From NCBI RefSeq assembly GCF_028369105.1, contig NZ_JAQNDO010000001.1, positions 2,099,711-2,163,710 on the forward strand: a DNA stretch of 64,000 bases, given 5' to 3'. This stretch comes from Polyangium mundeleinium (GTDB taxonomy: Bacteria > Myxococcota_A > Polyangia > Polyangiales > Polyangiaceae). Positions 1 to 9,948 of this stretch are shown here, in pieces. Within the stretch, counting starts at the first letter, position 1, and the number at the start of each line of letters is the position of its first letter. The position numbers and the translations under genes were made by a program. The notes below the pieces were generated by a model. That model worked only from the letters and a program-made list of their open reading frames with translations. It did no database searches and was not told where the DNA came from.

Positions 1-1842
1 CTCGTCGCGCCATCCAGGCTCCATCCGATCGCCGAGGGAACCCCCGGAGCCGTCGGAGAGGACCCGTTCGAGGCCGCTGACGCCCGAGAGCGCGGCGCGT
101 CGTTTCGGCGATCGCGCGCAGCCCGCGAGCGCGGCGAGGGCCTGCGTTCGCAGGGCGCGGCGGCGCTCGTCGGAGGGGCCGGCGTCGACGGCGCCCTCGG
201 AGAGGAAGGTGTCGATCACGTCGAGCGGCGAGTGCTTGTGCTCGTGCGCGTCGTTCGCGAGGAGCCACCGATCGACGGCTTCGAGCAGGGCCTCGTGGAC
301 CCCCGCAGGGCGCGCGGACGAGCGCGACGCGAGCTCGCGCAGGACACGCATGGGGTGGTCGGGGTGCGGGCTCTGGAGGCGGAGATCGTCGCGGCCGAGC
401 TGCCAGAGGAGGTCGGCGGCGCGCGGCAGGTGCGCGAGGTGCAGGCCCACGCGGCGCAGGATCGCGGGCAGCTCGTAGAGGACGGACGCGGCGGAGAAGA
501 GGGCGCCCGGGCCCCGCGTGGCCTCGGTGAGCGCAGGAGAACGGAGGACCGTCGAGGCGAGGTCGAGCATCGCGGCCGGGTGATCCGAGGAGAGCTCGCG
601 CAGGCTGGCGAGCAGGCGGCATCGATCCGCCGCAGAGGCTGCTTCGACGCTCTCGCGCACGTGGCGGAAGAGCGAGGCGACGATCTCGCCGGACGCGCCC
701 TCCGGCGTGGAGGGGCCGTCGAGTTCGCCGGCGTTGCGGATGAGCGGGACGATGGCCTGGGCGCCGAAGCGCGCTTCGAGCGCACGCACGCGCTCGTCGA
801 GCGAGCCCGTGAGCCCGCCCGTGGCGGAGGGGCCGACGAGCACGCGGTGGAGCGCGTGGTCCGAGAGGGCGCCCGGGACGACACGCGCGCCATGCGGGCC
901 ACGCTCGACGACGCCCGCGGCTTCGAGCGCGCGGAGCGCCGACACGAGATCACGGCGGCGGCAGCCGAGCAGATCGCCCGCGCCCTGGAGGAAGCGCTCG
1001 TCCGAGGTGCGCACGGGCGCGAGGAGCGCGACGAGCGCGAGGACGCCAGCGAGGAGCTTGGGGTCGCCCGCGGCGGCGGAGCGAAGGAGCAAGAGCTCAT
1101 GGCCCCGATCGAACGCGCACGCCGCGAGCTCGCCCTTGCCGAGCGCGACTGGATGGATGGCGCCTTCTTGCATGAGGCGGCCGGCCAGCGCGATCACGAA
1201 CGGATGTCCCTCGGCGAGCTCGGCGAGGCGCGCCCCATGCGCCTCCGCCTCTTCACCGAGCACGTGCCGCGCGGCCGCCTCGGCTTCGCTCGGCGAGAGC
1301 GCGCCAAGCTCGGGGAGCACGCGCACCACGTCCGACGAGAGCCCGACCTGCGCGAAGAGCGCCGAGAGGCGCGGCAGGCCTGCGGGGCGCGTCGTCAGGA
1401 TGAAGCGGACGTCGCGGCGATCGAGCGCCATGGGAAGGAGCGTGGCGGGCGCGGCTTTGCGGCCCGCGTCGTCGATCACGAGGAGGCACGGGCCGGGCGG
1501 CAGGCGCGTGGTGGGGGGCGCGCCGGCGACGGCGACGTCGGTCGCGAAGCGCAGCATGGTGCCGATCCGCTGCGCAGCGAGGGCGTCGGCGAGCGCGGAG
1601 AGCAGGCTCGTCTTGCCCGTGCCCGTGCGCCCGGGGAGCACGGCGACGCGCGCCGGGCCGCGGGCGCTGGCGAAGTCGACGAGCGCCGCGAGGATCTCGG
1701 CGCGCCCGCCGAAGGGCAGCGCTTCCTGGAAGGGGCGGCCCGCGGCGAGCGCGCCGCCTTCGAACTCGCTCGGGCCGAAGAGCGCCACACCGTGCTCGAC
1801 GTGGGCGTCCGGAGGAGTGGGGAAGCCGAGGGTCGTCTCCAT
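1..1842 (-). CDS. P-loop NTPase (AAA/STAND-like), 3' end beyond the window edge; not in the ORF track because the frame has no stop inside the window
   Basis: Hand translation of the minus strand from the ATG at 1842 gives METTLGFPTP...GRTGTGKTSLL (Walker A) and later CLLVIDDAG (Walker B-like). The frame stays open to position 1. It differs from the listed ORFs 216-1100, 1476-1943 and 1253-5044, which look like R/S/A-rich artifacts. Confidence 0.6.
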   Translation of the reverse strand, partial: METTLGFPTPPDAHVEHGVALFGPSEFEGGALAAGRPFQEALPFGGRAEILAALVDFASARGPARVAVLPGRTGTGKTSLLSALADALAAQRIGTMLRFATDVAVAGAPPTTRLPPGPCLLVIDDAGRKAAPATLLPMALDRRDVRFILTTRPAGLPRLSALFAQVGLSSDVVRVLPELGALSPSEAEAAARHVLGEEAEAHGARLAELAEGHPFVIALAGRLMQEGAIHPVALGKGELAACAFDRGHELLLLRSAAAGDPKLLAGVLALVALLAPVRTSDERFLQGAGDLLGCRRRDLVSALRALEAAGVVERGPHGARVVPGALSDHALHRVLVGPSATGGLTGSLDERVRALEARFGAQAIVPLIRNAGELDGPSTPEGASGEIVASLFRHVRESVEAASAADRCRLLASLRELSSDHPAAMLDLASTVLRSPALTEATRGPGALFSAASVLYELPAILRRVGLHLAHLPRAADLLWQLGRDDLRLQSPHPDHPMRVLRELASRSSARPAGVHEALLEAVDRWLLANDAHEHKHSPLDVIDTFLSEGAVDAGPSDERRRALRTQALAALAGCARSPKRRAALSGVSGLERVLSDGSGGSLGDRMEPGWRDE

Positions 1843-1963
1843 GGAAATCTGGCGCGCCGCGGGGCGAGCGCGCCAAGCCTACCACGGGGTCGGCGAGGGA
1901 CGGAGCGCCGAACCCTCGCCGCCGTGGCGTCGCGGCCGGGCAAAAGGTAGAAAGTAAGCTGCC

Positions 1964-3820
1964 ATGAGCAAGCGCCCGCCTTCCCCCACGGATCGCCCCT
2001 TCCGCGACGCTTTCCGGAGCTTCGCCGGTCGTGTGCGGCGGCGCTTGGCGCTCGAACGGATGCTCTCGGGCGCCGCGCTCGGGCTCGTGATCGGCGCGGG
2101 CGCGACCGCGGCGGCGTGGCAAACGCGGCACGGCGCGCTCCGGCCGTGGATGGCCGCGGGCGGCGCGCTCGGCGCGGCGGTTGGCGCGATGGTGGCCCGC
2201 CGCAAGCGCTGGCGCGACGAGGAGGTCGCGCTGTTCCTGGATGGACGCCTCGGCGGCAAGGAGTCGATCTCCACGGCGATCGAGCTCGATCGCGAGGACG
2301 AACGCGACGATCCGGCGCGCGCGGTGGTGCTCTCGCAGGCCACGACCGTGCTCGAAAAGGCGAACCCCAAGGACGCGCGTCCGCGGTTCGTTCGGGCCTA
2401 CCACCTCGCGATCCCGCTCGGCCTCGCGGCGATCGGCTACATGAGCCTGCTGCCGCTGCCCGCGCTCCCGCCGCCGCCTCCGCCGCCGCCCGGCGCCGAG
2501 CAGGTCAAGCTCGCGGACATCAAGGGGCTCGACAAGATCATCGACCTCGCGAACGCGAACGCGCGCGACGACGCCCAGCGCAAGCGGCTCGACAAGATCG
2601 CCGAGGACGCGAAGAAGCTCCGCGAAAAACTGCGCGACGGCATGGAGAAGCGCGAGGCGCAGGCCGAGATCGGCAAGCTCAAGGACGCGATCACGGCCGA
2701 GCGGCTCTCGCTCGGCGAGGGCGAGCAGCGCCAGGGGCTGGAGAGCGCGCTCGGCAAGCTCGCGGAGAACCCCGACCTCAAGGACGCGGCCAAGGCGCTC
2801 GGCGACAGGGATCTCGTCTCGTTCGACGACGCGATGGAGAACCTCGCGAACAAGCTCGAAAAAGAGGACCGCGAGCGCGCGAAGAAGACACTCGAAGAGG
2901 CCGCCGAGGCCGCCCGCAAGCAAAACGCGCCGGACGTGGCCAAGGCGCTCGAGGAGCAGAAGAAGCGCCTCGAAGAGATGGCCAAGAAGAACGAGAAGCT
3001 GAAGGAGCTCGGCAAGGCGATCGGCGAAGGCCTGTCCGAGGACGCGAAGGAAGCGCTGAAGGATCTCGACAGCGGCAAGGGCGGCGGCAAGGAGCAGCAG
3101 AAGCTCGCGGAGAAGCTCGAAGAGGCGCTCGGGAAGCTGACGCCCGAGGAGCGCAAGCGGCTCGCCGAGAACATGAAGAAGCGCGCCGCGGAGATGAGCG
3201 GCGAGGAGGCGCCGGGCGAGGGGCCGAGCAAGGAGCAGCTCGAAGATCTCGCCGAGGAGCTCGGATCCGAGGAGGGCCAGAAGCGGCTCGCCGAGGAGCT
3301 GAAGAAGATGGCCGAGCCCGAGCCCGAGGGCAGCGAGGAGGGCGAGCGGCAGAAGCGGCTCGAGGACGCGCAAAAGGGCATCGGCGAGGCCGAAGGGCAG
3401 CTCGGCGCGCCGATGCCGATGCCCGTGCCCGGACAGGGCGGCGGGAACAAGCCCGGGCAAGGGAACAAGGCCGGCCAGAAGCCGGGGGGGAACAACGGGA
3501 CCCCCGGCCCCGGCGGCAAGGACGAGGGGCAGCCGTACGCCGGTCACAGCGAGGGCGGCGGTCCGGGCGACCACAAGGGCCAGACCGGCGTGGTCGACGG
3601 TCCCGGCGTCAAATCCCGCGCGACCGGCCCGATCAACAAGGGCAAGCCGATGCCGGGGCTCGTCATGGGACGGACTTCGGGGCGCGCGGGTGACACGGCG
3701 AACATCCAGGGGACGGGCGCGCTCGGGCAAGCGGCGGCGGGGGAGCTCGGGGCGATCGAGCGGAGCGACGTGCCCGAGGAGTACCGCGAGCAGGTCGGGC
3801 GCTATTTCCAGCCCAAATGA
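1964..3820 (+). CDS. Membrane-anchored coiled-coil protein: two N-terminal TM helices, a poly-Pro stretch, a long K/E-rich coiled coil and a Gly/Pro-rich C-terminus
   Basis: ATG at 1964. Hydrophobic segments LSGAALGLVIGAGATAAAW and AAGGALGAAVGAMVA. Contains PPPPPPPPG and a long KE-rich heptad-like region. The stop lies 30 nt before the MoxR gene. Confidence 0.7.
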   Translation: MSKRPPSPTDRPFRDAFRSFAGRVRRRLALERMLSGAALGLVIGAGATAAAWQTRHGALRPWMAAGGALGAAVGAMVARRKRWRDEEVALFLDGRLGGKESISTAIELDREDERDDPARAVVLSQATTVLEKANPKDARPRFVRAYHLAIPLGLAAIGYMSLLPLPALPPPPPPPPGAEQVKLADIKGLDKIIDLANANARDDAQRKRLDKIAEDAKKLREKLRDGMEKREAQAEIGKLKDAITAERLSLGEGEQRQGLESALGKLAENPDLKDAAKALGDRDLVSFDDAMENLANKLEKEDRERAKKTLEEAAEAARKQNAPDVAKALEEQKKRLEEMAKKNEKLKELGKAIGEGLSEDAKEALKDLDSGKGGGKEQQKLAEKLEEALGKLTPEERKRLAENMKKRAAEMSGEEAPGEGPSKEQLEDLAEELGSEEGQKRLAEELKKMAEPEPEGSEEGERQKRLEDAQKGIGEAEGQLGAPMPMPVPGQGGGNKPGQGNKAGQKPGGNNGTPGPGGKDEGQPYAGHSEGGGPGDHKGQTGVVDGPGVKSRATGPINKGKPMPGLVMGRTSGRAGDTANIQGTGALGQAAAGELGAIERSDVPEEYREQVGRYFQPK

Positions 3821-3850
3821 CCGCCAGGCGCGGCTACGCTGCGCCTCCGC

Positions 3851-4876
3851 ATGACGACGACGGGCGACTTTCAGAAGAGGCTCGATCGGGCCCGCGAGGC
3901 GAGCGCGCGCCTCAAGGACGCGATCGGTCAGGTGATCGTGGGCCAGGGCGAGGTCGTGGAGCAGGCGCTCTGGGGTCTCGTGGCCGGCGGGCACGTGCTG
4001 CTCGAAGGCGCGCCGGGGCTCGGCAAGACGCTGCTCGTGCGCACGATCGCGAGCTGCCTCGACCTGAAATTTTCGCGCATCCAGTTCACGCCCGACCTCA
4101 TGCCGAGCGACGTGACGGGCACGAACATCCTCGTGACCTCGGCCGACGGCTCGCGGCACTTCGCCCTGCACAAGGGGCCGATCTTCGGTCAGGTGGTGCT
4201 CGCGGACGAGATCAACCGCGCCACGCCGAAGACGCAGAGCTCGCTGCTCGAAGCGATGCAGGAGCACGCGTGCACGATCGCCGGCGTGCGGCACGCGATG
4301 GAAGAGCCGTTCTTCGTGCTCGCCACGGAGAACCCGATCGAGATGGAAGGGACGTACCCGCTGCCCGAGGCGCAGCTCGATCGGTTTCTGCTCAAAGTGA
4401 TCGTGCCGAGCCCGACCGAGGACGAGATGACCGAGATCCTCACCCGCACGACGGGGCAACCGAAGGACGCGCCGCCGCGCGTGCTCGATCGAGACGAGGT
4501 GCTGGCGATCCGCTCGGCGTGCCGCGACGTGGCCGTGGCCGAGCCGATCATGCGCTTCGCCTCGCGCCTCGTCCGCGCGAGTGATCCGGCGACACAAGGT
4601 GCGCCCGACCTCGTGAAGCGCGCGATCCGCTACGGCGCGGGCGTGCGCGGCGGGCAGTCGCTCGTGCTGGCGGCCAAGGCCGTGAGCGTGCTCGAAGGCC
4701 GCGCGCACGTCTCGTTCGGCGACGTGCAGCGGGTCGCGAAGCCTGTGTTGCGCCACCGCCTGATCCGATCGTTCGAGGGCGAGGCCGACGGGGTGACGAC
4801 CGATCAGGTGGTCGACGCGCTCATCGAGAGCGTGCCCGCCCGTCCGGAGAACGTGGAGCAGGCGATCCGTCGATGA
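3851..4876 (+). CDS. MoxR-family AAA+ ATPase
   Basis: Walker A LLEGAPGLGKT and Walker B VLADEINRA, with a typical MoxR length of 341 aa. The stop overlaps the next start (ATGA). Confidence 0.9.
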   Translation: MTTTGDFQKRLDRAREASARLKDAIGQVIVGQGEVVEQALWGLVAGGHVLLEGAPGLGKTLLVRTIASCLDLKFSRIQFTPDLMPSDVTGTNILVTSADGSRHFALHKGPIFGQVVLADEINRATPKTQSSLLEAMQEHACTIAGVRHAMEEPFFVLATENPIEMEGTYPLPEAQLDRFLLKVIVPSPTEDEMTEILTRTTGQPKDAPPRVLDRDEVLAIRSACRDVAVAEPIMRFASRLVRASDPATQGAPDLVKRAIRYGAGVRGGQSLVLAAKAVSVLEGRAHVSFGDVQRVAKPVLRHRLIRSFEGEADGVTTDQVVDALIESVPARPENVEQAIRR

Positions 4877-6975
4877 GGCTCCGCGCGCTCTCGCTGGTCC
4901 CGATCCTCGCGCTCGCGCCGCTCGCGACGCACGCCGAGCCTGCACCCGTCCTCGCCGCCACCTCCATCGCGGAGGTGCCGCCGCCGGGGCGCGCGAGCGT
5001 GTCCTTCGAGGTCGCGCCGATCCTCGGCACGACCTCACCGACACCCGCGGGCTGGAGCGGGTTCATCGTGCGGCTCCAGAACAACGAGGCCAAGCCGCTG
5101 CGGGGCGAGGTCGAGGTCCTGAGCCGGCTGCACTCGGACCATATGCGCTTCCGCGCGACGGCGCCGTTCGTCGTCGGCGCGGGGACGAGCGTGGTCGTCC
5201 GGCTGCCGACACACGGCAGCGTGTACGGCGAGACGAGCGTCATCGCGCGGGACGACGCGGGCGTGGTGCTTGGCAGCCACACGACGGCCGTGACGAACAT
5301 GCAGGAGCTCTTCCTGCTCGACGTGAGCGAGACCTCGCGGCTGAAAGGCGCGCTGCACGACGCCGCGATCTCGCCGCTCTTCTCGCCGTGGGGCGGGTAC
5401 GGCGCGTACGGGACGGGGCCGCAGCTCAAGGTGGGCGCGCCGCGCTTCGATCCGGCGACGGGTGATCCGATCCTGCCCGATCGCGCCGCGCTGTATGCGC
5501 CCGCATCGGCCGTGCTCCTGCGCTCGGACACGCTCGTGAAGATCGGCGCGGCCGAGCTCGAAGCGCTGAGCGGCTACGTCCTCGCCGGCGGCACGCTCGC
5601 CGTGGCGCTCGCGCGCCCCGAGGATCTCCGGAGCTCCATCCTCGCCGCGTTCGTCGGCGGCGAGATCACGCAGACGTCGCCGCACTCCGAGACGCTCCGG
5701 GAGCTCGTGTTGCCCGCGCCACCCTCGAACGCCACGAAGTCGATCCCGTTCGCCGAGACGCCGGCCGAGGAGGTCAGCAAGACGCTCGTCGGTTTCTCCG
5801 GGGGCAACCTGCACGGCAGCCGCTACGGGGCCTCCGCGACGTACGGGCTCGGCGAGGTTCACCTGCTCGGCTTTGATCCGACGCGCAAGCCCGCCGTGGA
5901 CGACCCCTGGGTGCAGGCGCGTGTCCTCGATCTGACGCGCAGGGCCTTCGACCGGAAGAGCTCGATCGTCTACCGGCAGGGCGGCTCGCCCGGCACCGTG
6001 GACCTCGATCGTGTGCGGCAGGAGCTCGATCCGAACGAGAGCTCGCGCTGGGGGATCGCGGTCGCCGCGATCCTGCTCATCGCCTACGCGGTCGCCGCCG
6101 GGCCGGTGAACTTCACGATGCACGCGAACAAGGGCAAACCTCTGCGCGCGCTCGTGTGGCTGCCGATCCTCTCGGCGATCGCGTTCTTCGCCGTGGTGCT
6201 CATCGGCCTCTTCGCGAAGGGCCTCACGGGGCGGTCGCGCCACCTCACGCTCGTCGAGGCGGGCGCGGGCATGACGAAGGGCACGGCGCGGCGGTGGCGT
6301 GGCTTCTTCACGCCGCGATCGAAGGATCTCACGGTTCGCACGAGCGACGGTTCGAGCGTGGTGACGACCGCGGTCGTGGCTGCGCCCGCGACGATCGACG
6401 ATCACATGCTCGTCGATCGCGACGGCGCGCGCCTCGTGGATCTCGCGATCTTGCCCTGGCAAACCGTGGTCGTGCGCGAGGACGGGTTCGCCGACGTCGG
6501 CGAGGGGATCTCGATCGTGCACGAGGGCGAGAAGGACACGGCCGTGACGAACCGGAGCGGCCACGATTTGCGGGCGGCGCTCCTCGTCCTGCCGGGCCTC
6601 CAGCCGCGGTATTTCCCGATGATCAAGGACGGCGAGCGGGTGCTCGCGAGCGCGGGCAAGGACTTGAAGACGGTGTCCGCGGGGACGACCTGGATCCGGC
6701 AGGTGAGCGGCACGCGGCGCGCGGGGACGCTCGATCTGCATCCGCTCAGCGCGGTCTTCGTGCGCCCGCTCATCGAGCCCGATGCGCCCGGCCTCGCCGA
6801 GGCGTGGCTCGCCGTCGAGCAGAGCTCGGGCGGGCTCGTCGACTGGTTCCCCGAGGACGTGCCGGTGCTGCTCGGTCAGCTCGACGGCGGCGAGGGCAAG
6901 ACGTCGGACGCGGGCCTCAAGCTCGAACGGGATCGGCTGCTCGTGCGGATCGTCGGATACGGAGGTCGGCCGTGA
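4873..6975 (+). CDS. Secreted/membrane protein of unknown function: Sec signal peptide, a periplasmic domain, two central TM helices and a C-terminal domain. Possibly a GldG/ABC-auxiliary-like component.
   Basis: N-terminus MRLRALSLVPILALAPLATHA. TM segments around residues 395-445. Translationally coupled on both sides (ATGA upstream, GTGA downstream). Confidence 0.65.
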   Translation: MRLRALSLVPILALAPLATHAEPAPVLAATSIAEVPPPGRASVSFEVAPILGTTSPTPAGWSGFIVRLQNNEAKPLRGEVEVLSRLHSDHMRFRATAPFVVGAGTSVVVRLPTHGSVYGETSVIARDDAGVVLGSHTTAVTNMQELFLLDVSETSRLKGALHDAAISPLFSPWGGYGAYGTGPQLKVGAPRFDPATGDPILPDRAALYAPASAVLLRSDTLVKIGAAELEALSGYVLAGGTLAVALARPEDLRSSILAAFVGGEITQTSPHSETLRELVLPAPPSNATKSIPFAETPAEEVSKTLVGFSGGNLHGSRYGASATYGLGEVHLLGFDPTRKPAVDDPWVQARVLDLTRRAFDRKSSIVYRQGGSPGTVDLDRVRQELDPNESSRWGIAVAAILLIAYAVAAGPVNFTMHANKGKPLRALVWLPILSAIAFFAVVLIGLFAKGLTGRSRHLTLVEAGAGMTKGTARRWRGFFTPRSKDLTVRTSDGSSVVTTAVVAAPATIDDHMLVDRDGARLVDLAILPWQTVVVREDGFADVGEGISIVHEGEKDTAVTNRSGHDLRAALLVLPGLQPRYFPMIKDGERVLASAGKDLKTVSAGTTWIRQVSGTRRAGTLDLHPLSAVFVRPLIEPDAPGLAEAWLAVEQSSGGLVDWFPEDVPVLLGQLDGGEGKTSDAGLKLERDRLLVRIVGYGGRP

Positions 6976-8213
6976 GCGAGCCCGTCGCGACGCCCGAGAC
7001 CTGGGAGCGCTCGCCCGCCACCGCGGCCCCGGAGCCGCCTGCGCTCATTACGTCGGCGCCACCGACGATCCGCGTGCGCCACCTCTGGCACCGCTTCGCG
7101 AACCGCGACGTTCTGCGCGACGTGACCTTCGATGTCGGCCCGGGCGAGATCTTCGGCTTCATCGGGCCGAACGGCGCGGGAAAGACCACGACGATCCGCG
7201 TGATGGCGACGCTGCTCGAACCGATGGCCGGGCGCGTGGAGATCGACGGGATCGACGTCACGCTCGACCCCGACGCCGTGCGCAAGGTGATCGGCTACAT
7301 GCCCGATCACGCCGGCGTCTACGATCGCATCACGGTGCGCGAGTACCTGGAGTTCTTCGCGGACTCGTTTCGCGTGCCCTCGATCAGCGTGGTCGACGCG
7401 GTCCTCGAACTGACGGACCTCGGCAAGCTGCAGGATCGGCTCGTCGCCGAGATGTCGAAGGGCATGAAGCAGCGGCTTCAGCTCGCGCGCATCCTCCTGC
7501 ACGACCCGAAGGTGCTCATCCTCGACGAACCGGCGAGTGATCTCGATCCACGCGCCCGCATCGAGATCCGTGATCTCTTGCTGGAGCTGCGTGGCCTCGG
7601 GAAGACGATCTTCCTCTCGTCGCACATCCTCACGGAGCTGAGCGACGTGTGCACCTCGATCGGCATCCTTGAACGCGGCCGTCTCGTCGTCGCAGGGCCG
7701 ATCCACGAGATCTCGGCGCGGCTCGAAGCGATCCGCGCAGCCGAGGCCCACGGTCATGCGCCGCCGCCGCGGTACGTGCCGCCGGGCGTGCGCGCGCTCG
7801 TGCCCGCACAAGCCGCGCAAGCCGCGCCGGCTTCGCCCCAGGCCGCGGGCGTGGTGCCACCTGCGCCCGTTGCCGGCGCCGCCGTGCCCGCGACCGATCC
7901 GAGCGCGAGCGCGGCCCCGCCGCAGCCGCAACCGCCGCAGCCGATCCCGCAAGCGCCGAGCGTCCGTCGGGTGAAGCTGCGCGTCCTCGGCAACCCCGAG
8001 GCGGCTGCGTACTTCCTGCGCGGCGGGCCTGGGATCGTCGAGGTCCAGGTCATGGGCGGCCTCGTGCACGTCGGCTACACGGGCACGGAGACGAAGATCG
8101 CGGAGATGGTGACCCACCTCGTGCACCGCAACATCGGCATCGTGGGCGTGGAGCCGGAGAGGAACGAGCTCGAGCGCATCTTCCTCGAAGTCACGCGCGG
8201 AGACGTCCAATGA
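6972..8213 (+). CDS. ABC transporter ATP-binding protein with a Pro/Ala-rich linker and a C-terminal extension
   Basis: GTG start at 6972 preceded by GGAGG. Walker A GPNGAGKTT, signature LSKGMKQR, Walker B ILILDEP and an H-loop SSHIL. The listed 6156-8213 ORF is a 5' over-extension that overlaps the previous gene in another frame. Confidence 0.85.
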   Translation: MSEPVATPETWERSPATAAPEPPALITSAPPTIRVRHLWHRFANRDVLRDVTFDVGPGEIFGFIGPNGAGKTTTIRVMATLLEPMAGRVEIDGIDVTLDPDAVRKVIGYMPDHAGVYDRITVREYLEFFADSFRVPSISVVDAVLELTDLGKLQDRLVAEMSKGMKQRLQLARILLHDPKVLILDEPASDLDPRARIEIRDLLLELRGLGKTIFLSSHILTELSDVCTSIGILERGRLVVAGPIHEISARLEAIRAAEAHGHAPPPRYVPPGVRALVPAQAAQAAPASPQAAGVVPPAPVAGAAVPATDPSASAAPPQPQPPQPIPQAPSVRRVKLRVLGNPEAAAYFLRGGPGIVEVQVMGGLVHVGYTGTETKIAEMVTHLVHRNIGIVGVEPERNELERIFLEVTRGDVQ

Positions 8214-9928
8214 GCGCGCAGACCGGAACGGCAAGGGCCGCGGGCACCTCGCTCCTGCATCGCCTGAAGGACGATCCGAACCCGATCTGGATCCGCGAGC
8301 TGCGCCAGTCCGCGCGGCTCGTCCGCACGCCGATCATCCTCTGCGTGCTCTCGATCCTGGCCACGCTGGCGATCGCCTCGATCGGCGGCCTCGTCTCGAT
8401 CAACGAGAGCCCCGCGACCACGGGCTACGTCCTCTTCCAGGTCTTCTTCTCGCTCGCGTATTTCGTGGTCACGTTCGTTGGACCCGCGGTCGCGGCGAAC
8501 GCGATCGCCTCGGAGCGCGAGGGCCGCACGTGGGAAGCCGTGATCCTCACGGGTCTCCGCCCCGCGGTGATCGCGCGCGGAAAATTCCTCGCCGCGTACA
8601 CGTCGATCAGCATGTACGTGGTGATGCTCGCGCCCGTCGGCGCGCTGCCGTTCCTCTTCGGCGGTGTCACCGCGACGGAGACGATCGTCGCGTTCGGGTT
8701 CCTGTTCCTCATCGCGGCGCTCGCGGTGGCTTTCGGGCTCGCGGTCAGCTCGAAGATGAACAGCCTGCGCGCCGCGCTCGTGGTCACGTTGATCTGCGCG
8801 GTGATCGCCTCGCTCAACGTCTACGGCTGGTTCGGCGTGGGCCTCTCGGTTCCCGCGCACCACGCCTGGCCCGGCGTGCCGGACGGCCCGCCCGTCTGGC
8901 TGCCGACGGCGTACGCGCGCGCGCCCTTTGATCTCACGTACGTCCTCTGCTTGATCGTCCTGCCGATCGTCGCGACGGGTTTGCCGGCGTGGTTCCTCTA
9001 CGAGGTCACGGTCGCGAACCTCACGAGCATCACGGACGATCGCTCGACGGGCCTCAAGCGCTGGTTCCTCGTGGCCGCGCCGGTGTTCGCGCTCTGCTCG
9101 GCCGCGCCCGTCGCCGCCGTCCCCGCGCACGATCGCCTGGAGGTCTCGATCGCGGGCATCTGCATGCTTCTCGTGTTCCTGATGATCTCGGTCTACATCT
9201 TCCTCGGTGACTCGCTCGGGCCCTCGCGGCGCGTGCGGCTCCACTGGGATCGGCAGGGCGTGAGCCCGTTCGCGCGGCTGCTCGGGCCGGGCATCATCGG
9301 CACGTCGATGATGCAGCTCGGCGGGGCCGCGGTCGCATTCTTGATGCCGGTCGCGGCTGGGATCGTGGCCGTGATGGACGACGTCGACGCCGTGCAGAAG
9401 ATCCAGCAGATCCTCGTCGTCGCGCTCTACGCGGCCTCGTTTTATCTGTTCTCCGTGGGGCTCGGCGCGCTCCTGCGGGCGCGGCTCAGCACGACACTGC
9501 TCTCGCGTGTCTTGCTCCTCGCGGTGCATTTCCTCGTCACCGTGGGGCCGTGGATCGTCGCGGCGATCGCGGGCCTCTTCGCGTCGGCCTCGGGCCGAGG
9601 CGCGCTCATCGTGGCCGCGCCGTCGCCGATCTACGCCTTCGTCGCGGTCGGCGCGCTGGACTCGACCGGCGAGGAGCTGCTCGTCGTGGCTTCGGTGGCG
9701 GCCTCGGTGGTGTGGGGTCTGCTCGGGATCCTGTTCCTCACGCTCGCGCGAGGACGCGTGAGGCGCGTCATCGCGGCGCACGAGGTCGCGCTCGGCGAGA
9801 GTGATCGGATCCTCGCCGAGGAGGACGCCGCGGCGGTGCGGGCGATGGAGGAAGCGGCGGCAGCGACGGCAGCGCCCCCGGCGGCCGACGCGCCTGCGGT
9901 CGCGCCCGAGCCCGAGCCTGCGGGCTGA
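8210..9928 (+). CDS. ABC-2 type transporter permease, polytopic with about 10 or more TM helices
   Basis: ATGA overlap with the ATPase gene. Highly hydrophobic 572-aa product with many predicted TM segments. Confidence 0.8.
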   Translation: MSAQTGTARAAGTSLLHRLKDDPNPIWIRELRQSARLVRTPIILCVLSILATLAIASIGGLVSINESPATTGYVLFQVFFSLAYFVVTFVGPAVAANAIASEREGRTWEAVILTGLRPAVIARGKFLAAYTSISMYVVMLAPVGALPFLFGGVTATETIVAFGFLFLIAALAVAFGLAVSSKMNSLRAALVVTLICAVIASLNVYGWFGVGLSVPAHHAWPGVPDGPPVWLPTAYARAPFDLTYVLCLIVLPIVATGLPAWFLYEVTVANLTSITDDRSTGLKRWFLVAAPVFALCSAAPVAAVPAHDRLEVSIAGICMLLVFLMISVYIFLGDSLGPSRRVRLHWDRQGVSPFARLLGPGIIGTSMMQLGGAAVAFLMPVAAGIVAVMDDVDAVQKIQQILVVALYAASFYLFSVGLGALLRARLSTTLLSRVLLLAVHFLVTVGPWIVAAIAGLFASASGRGALIVAAPSPIYAFVAVGALDSTGEELLVVASVAASVVWGLLGILFLTLARGRVRRVIAAHEVALGESDRILAEEDAAAVRAMEEAAAATAAPPAADAPAVAPEPEPAG

Positions 9929-9948
9929 GCGAGGGCGCGCCGGCCGGG

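Noticed and set aside
1253-5044. 1263-aa ORF on the minus strand
   Set aside because: R/A/G/L-rich low-complexity translation. It is antisense to four well-supported plus-strand genes (coiled-coil protein, MoxR and neighbours), a typical high-GC antisense artifact.
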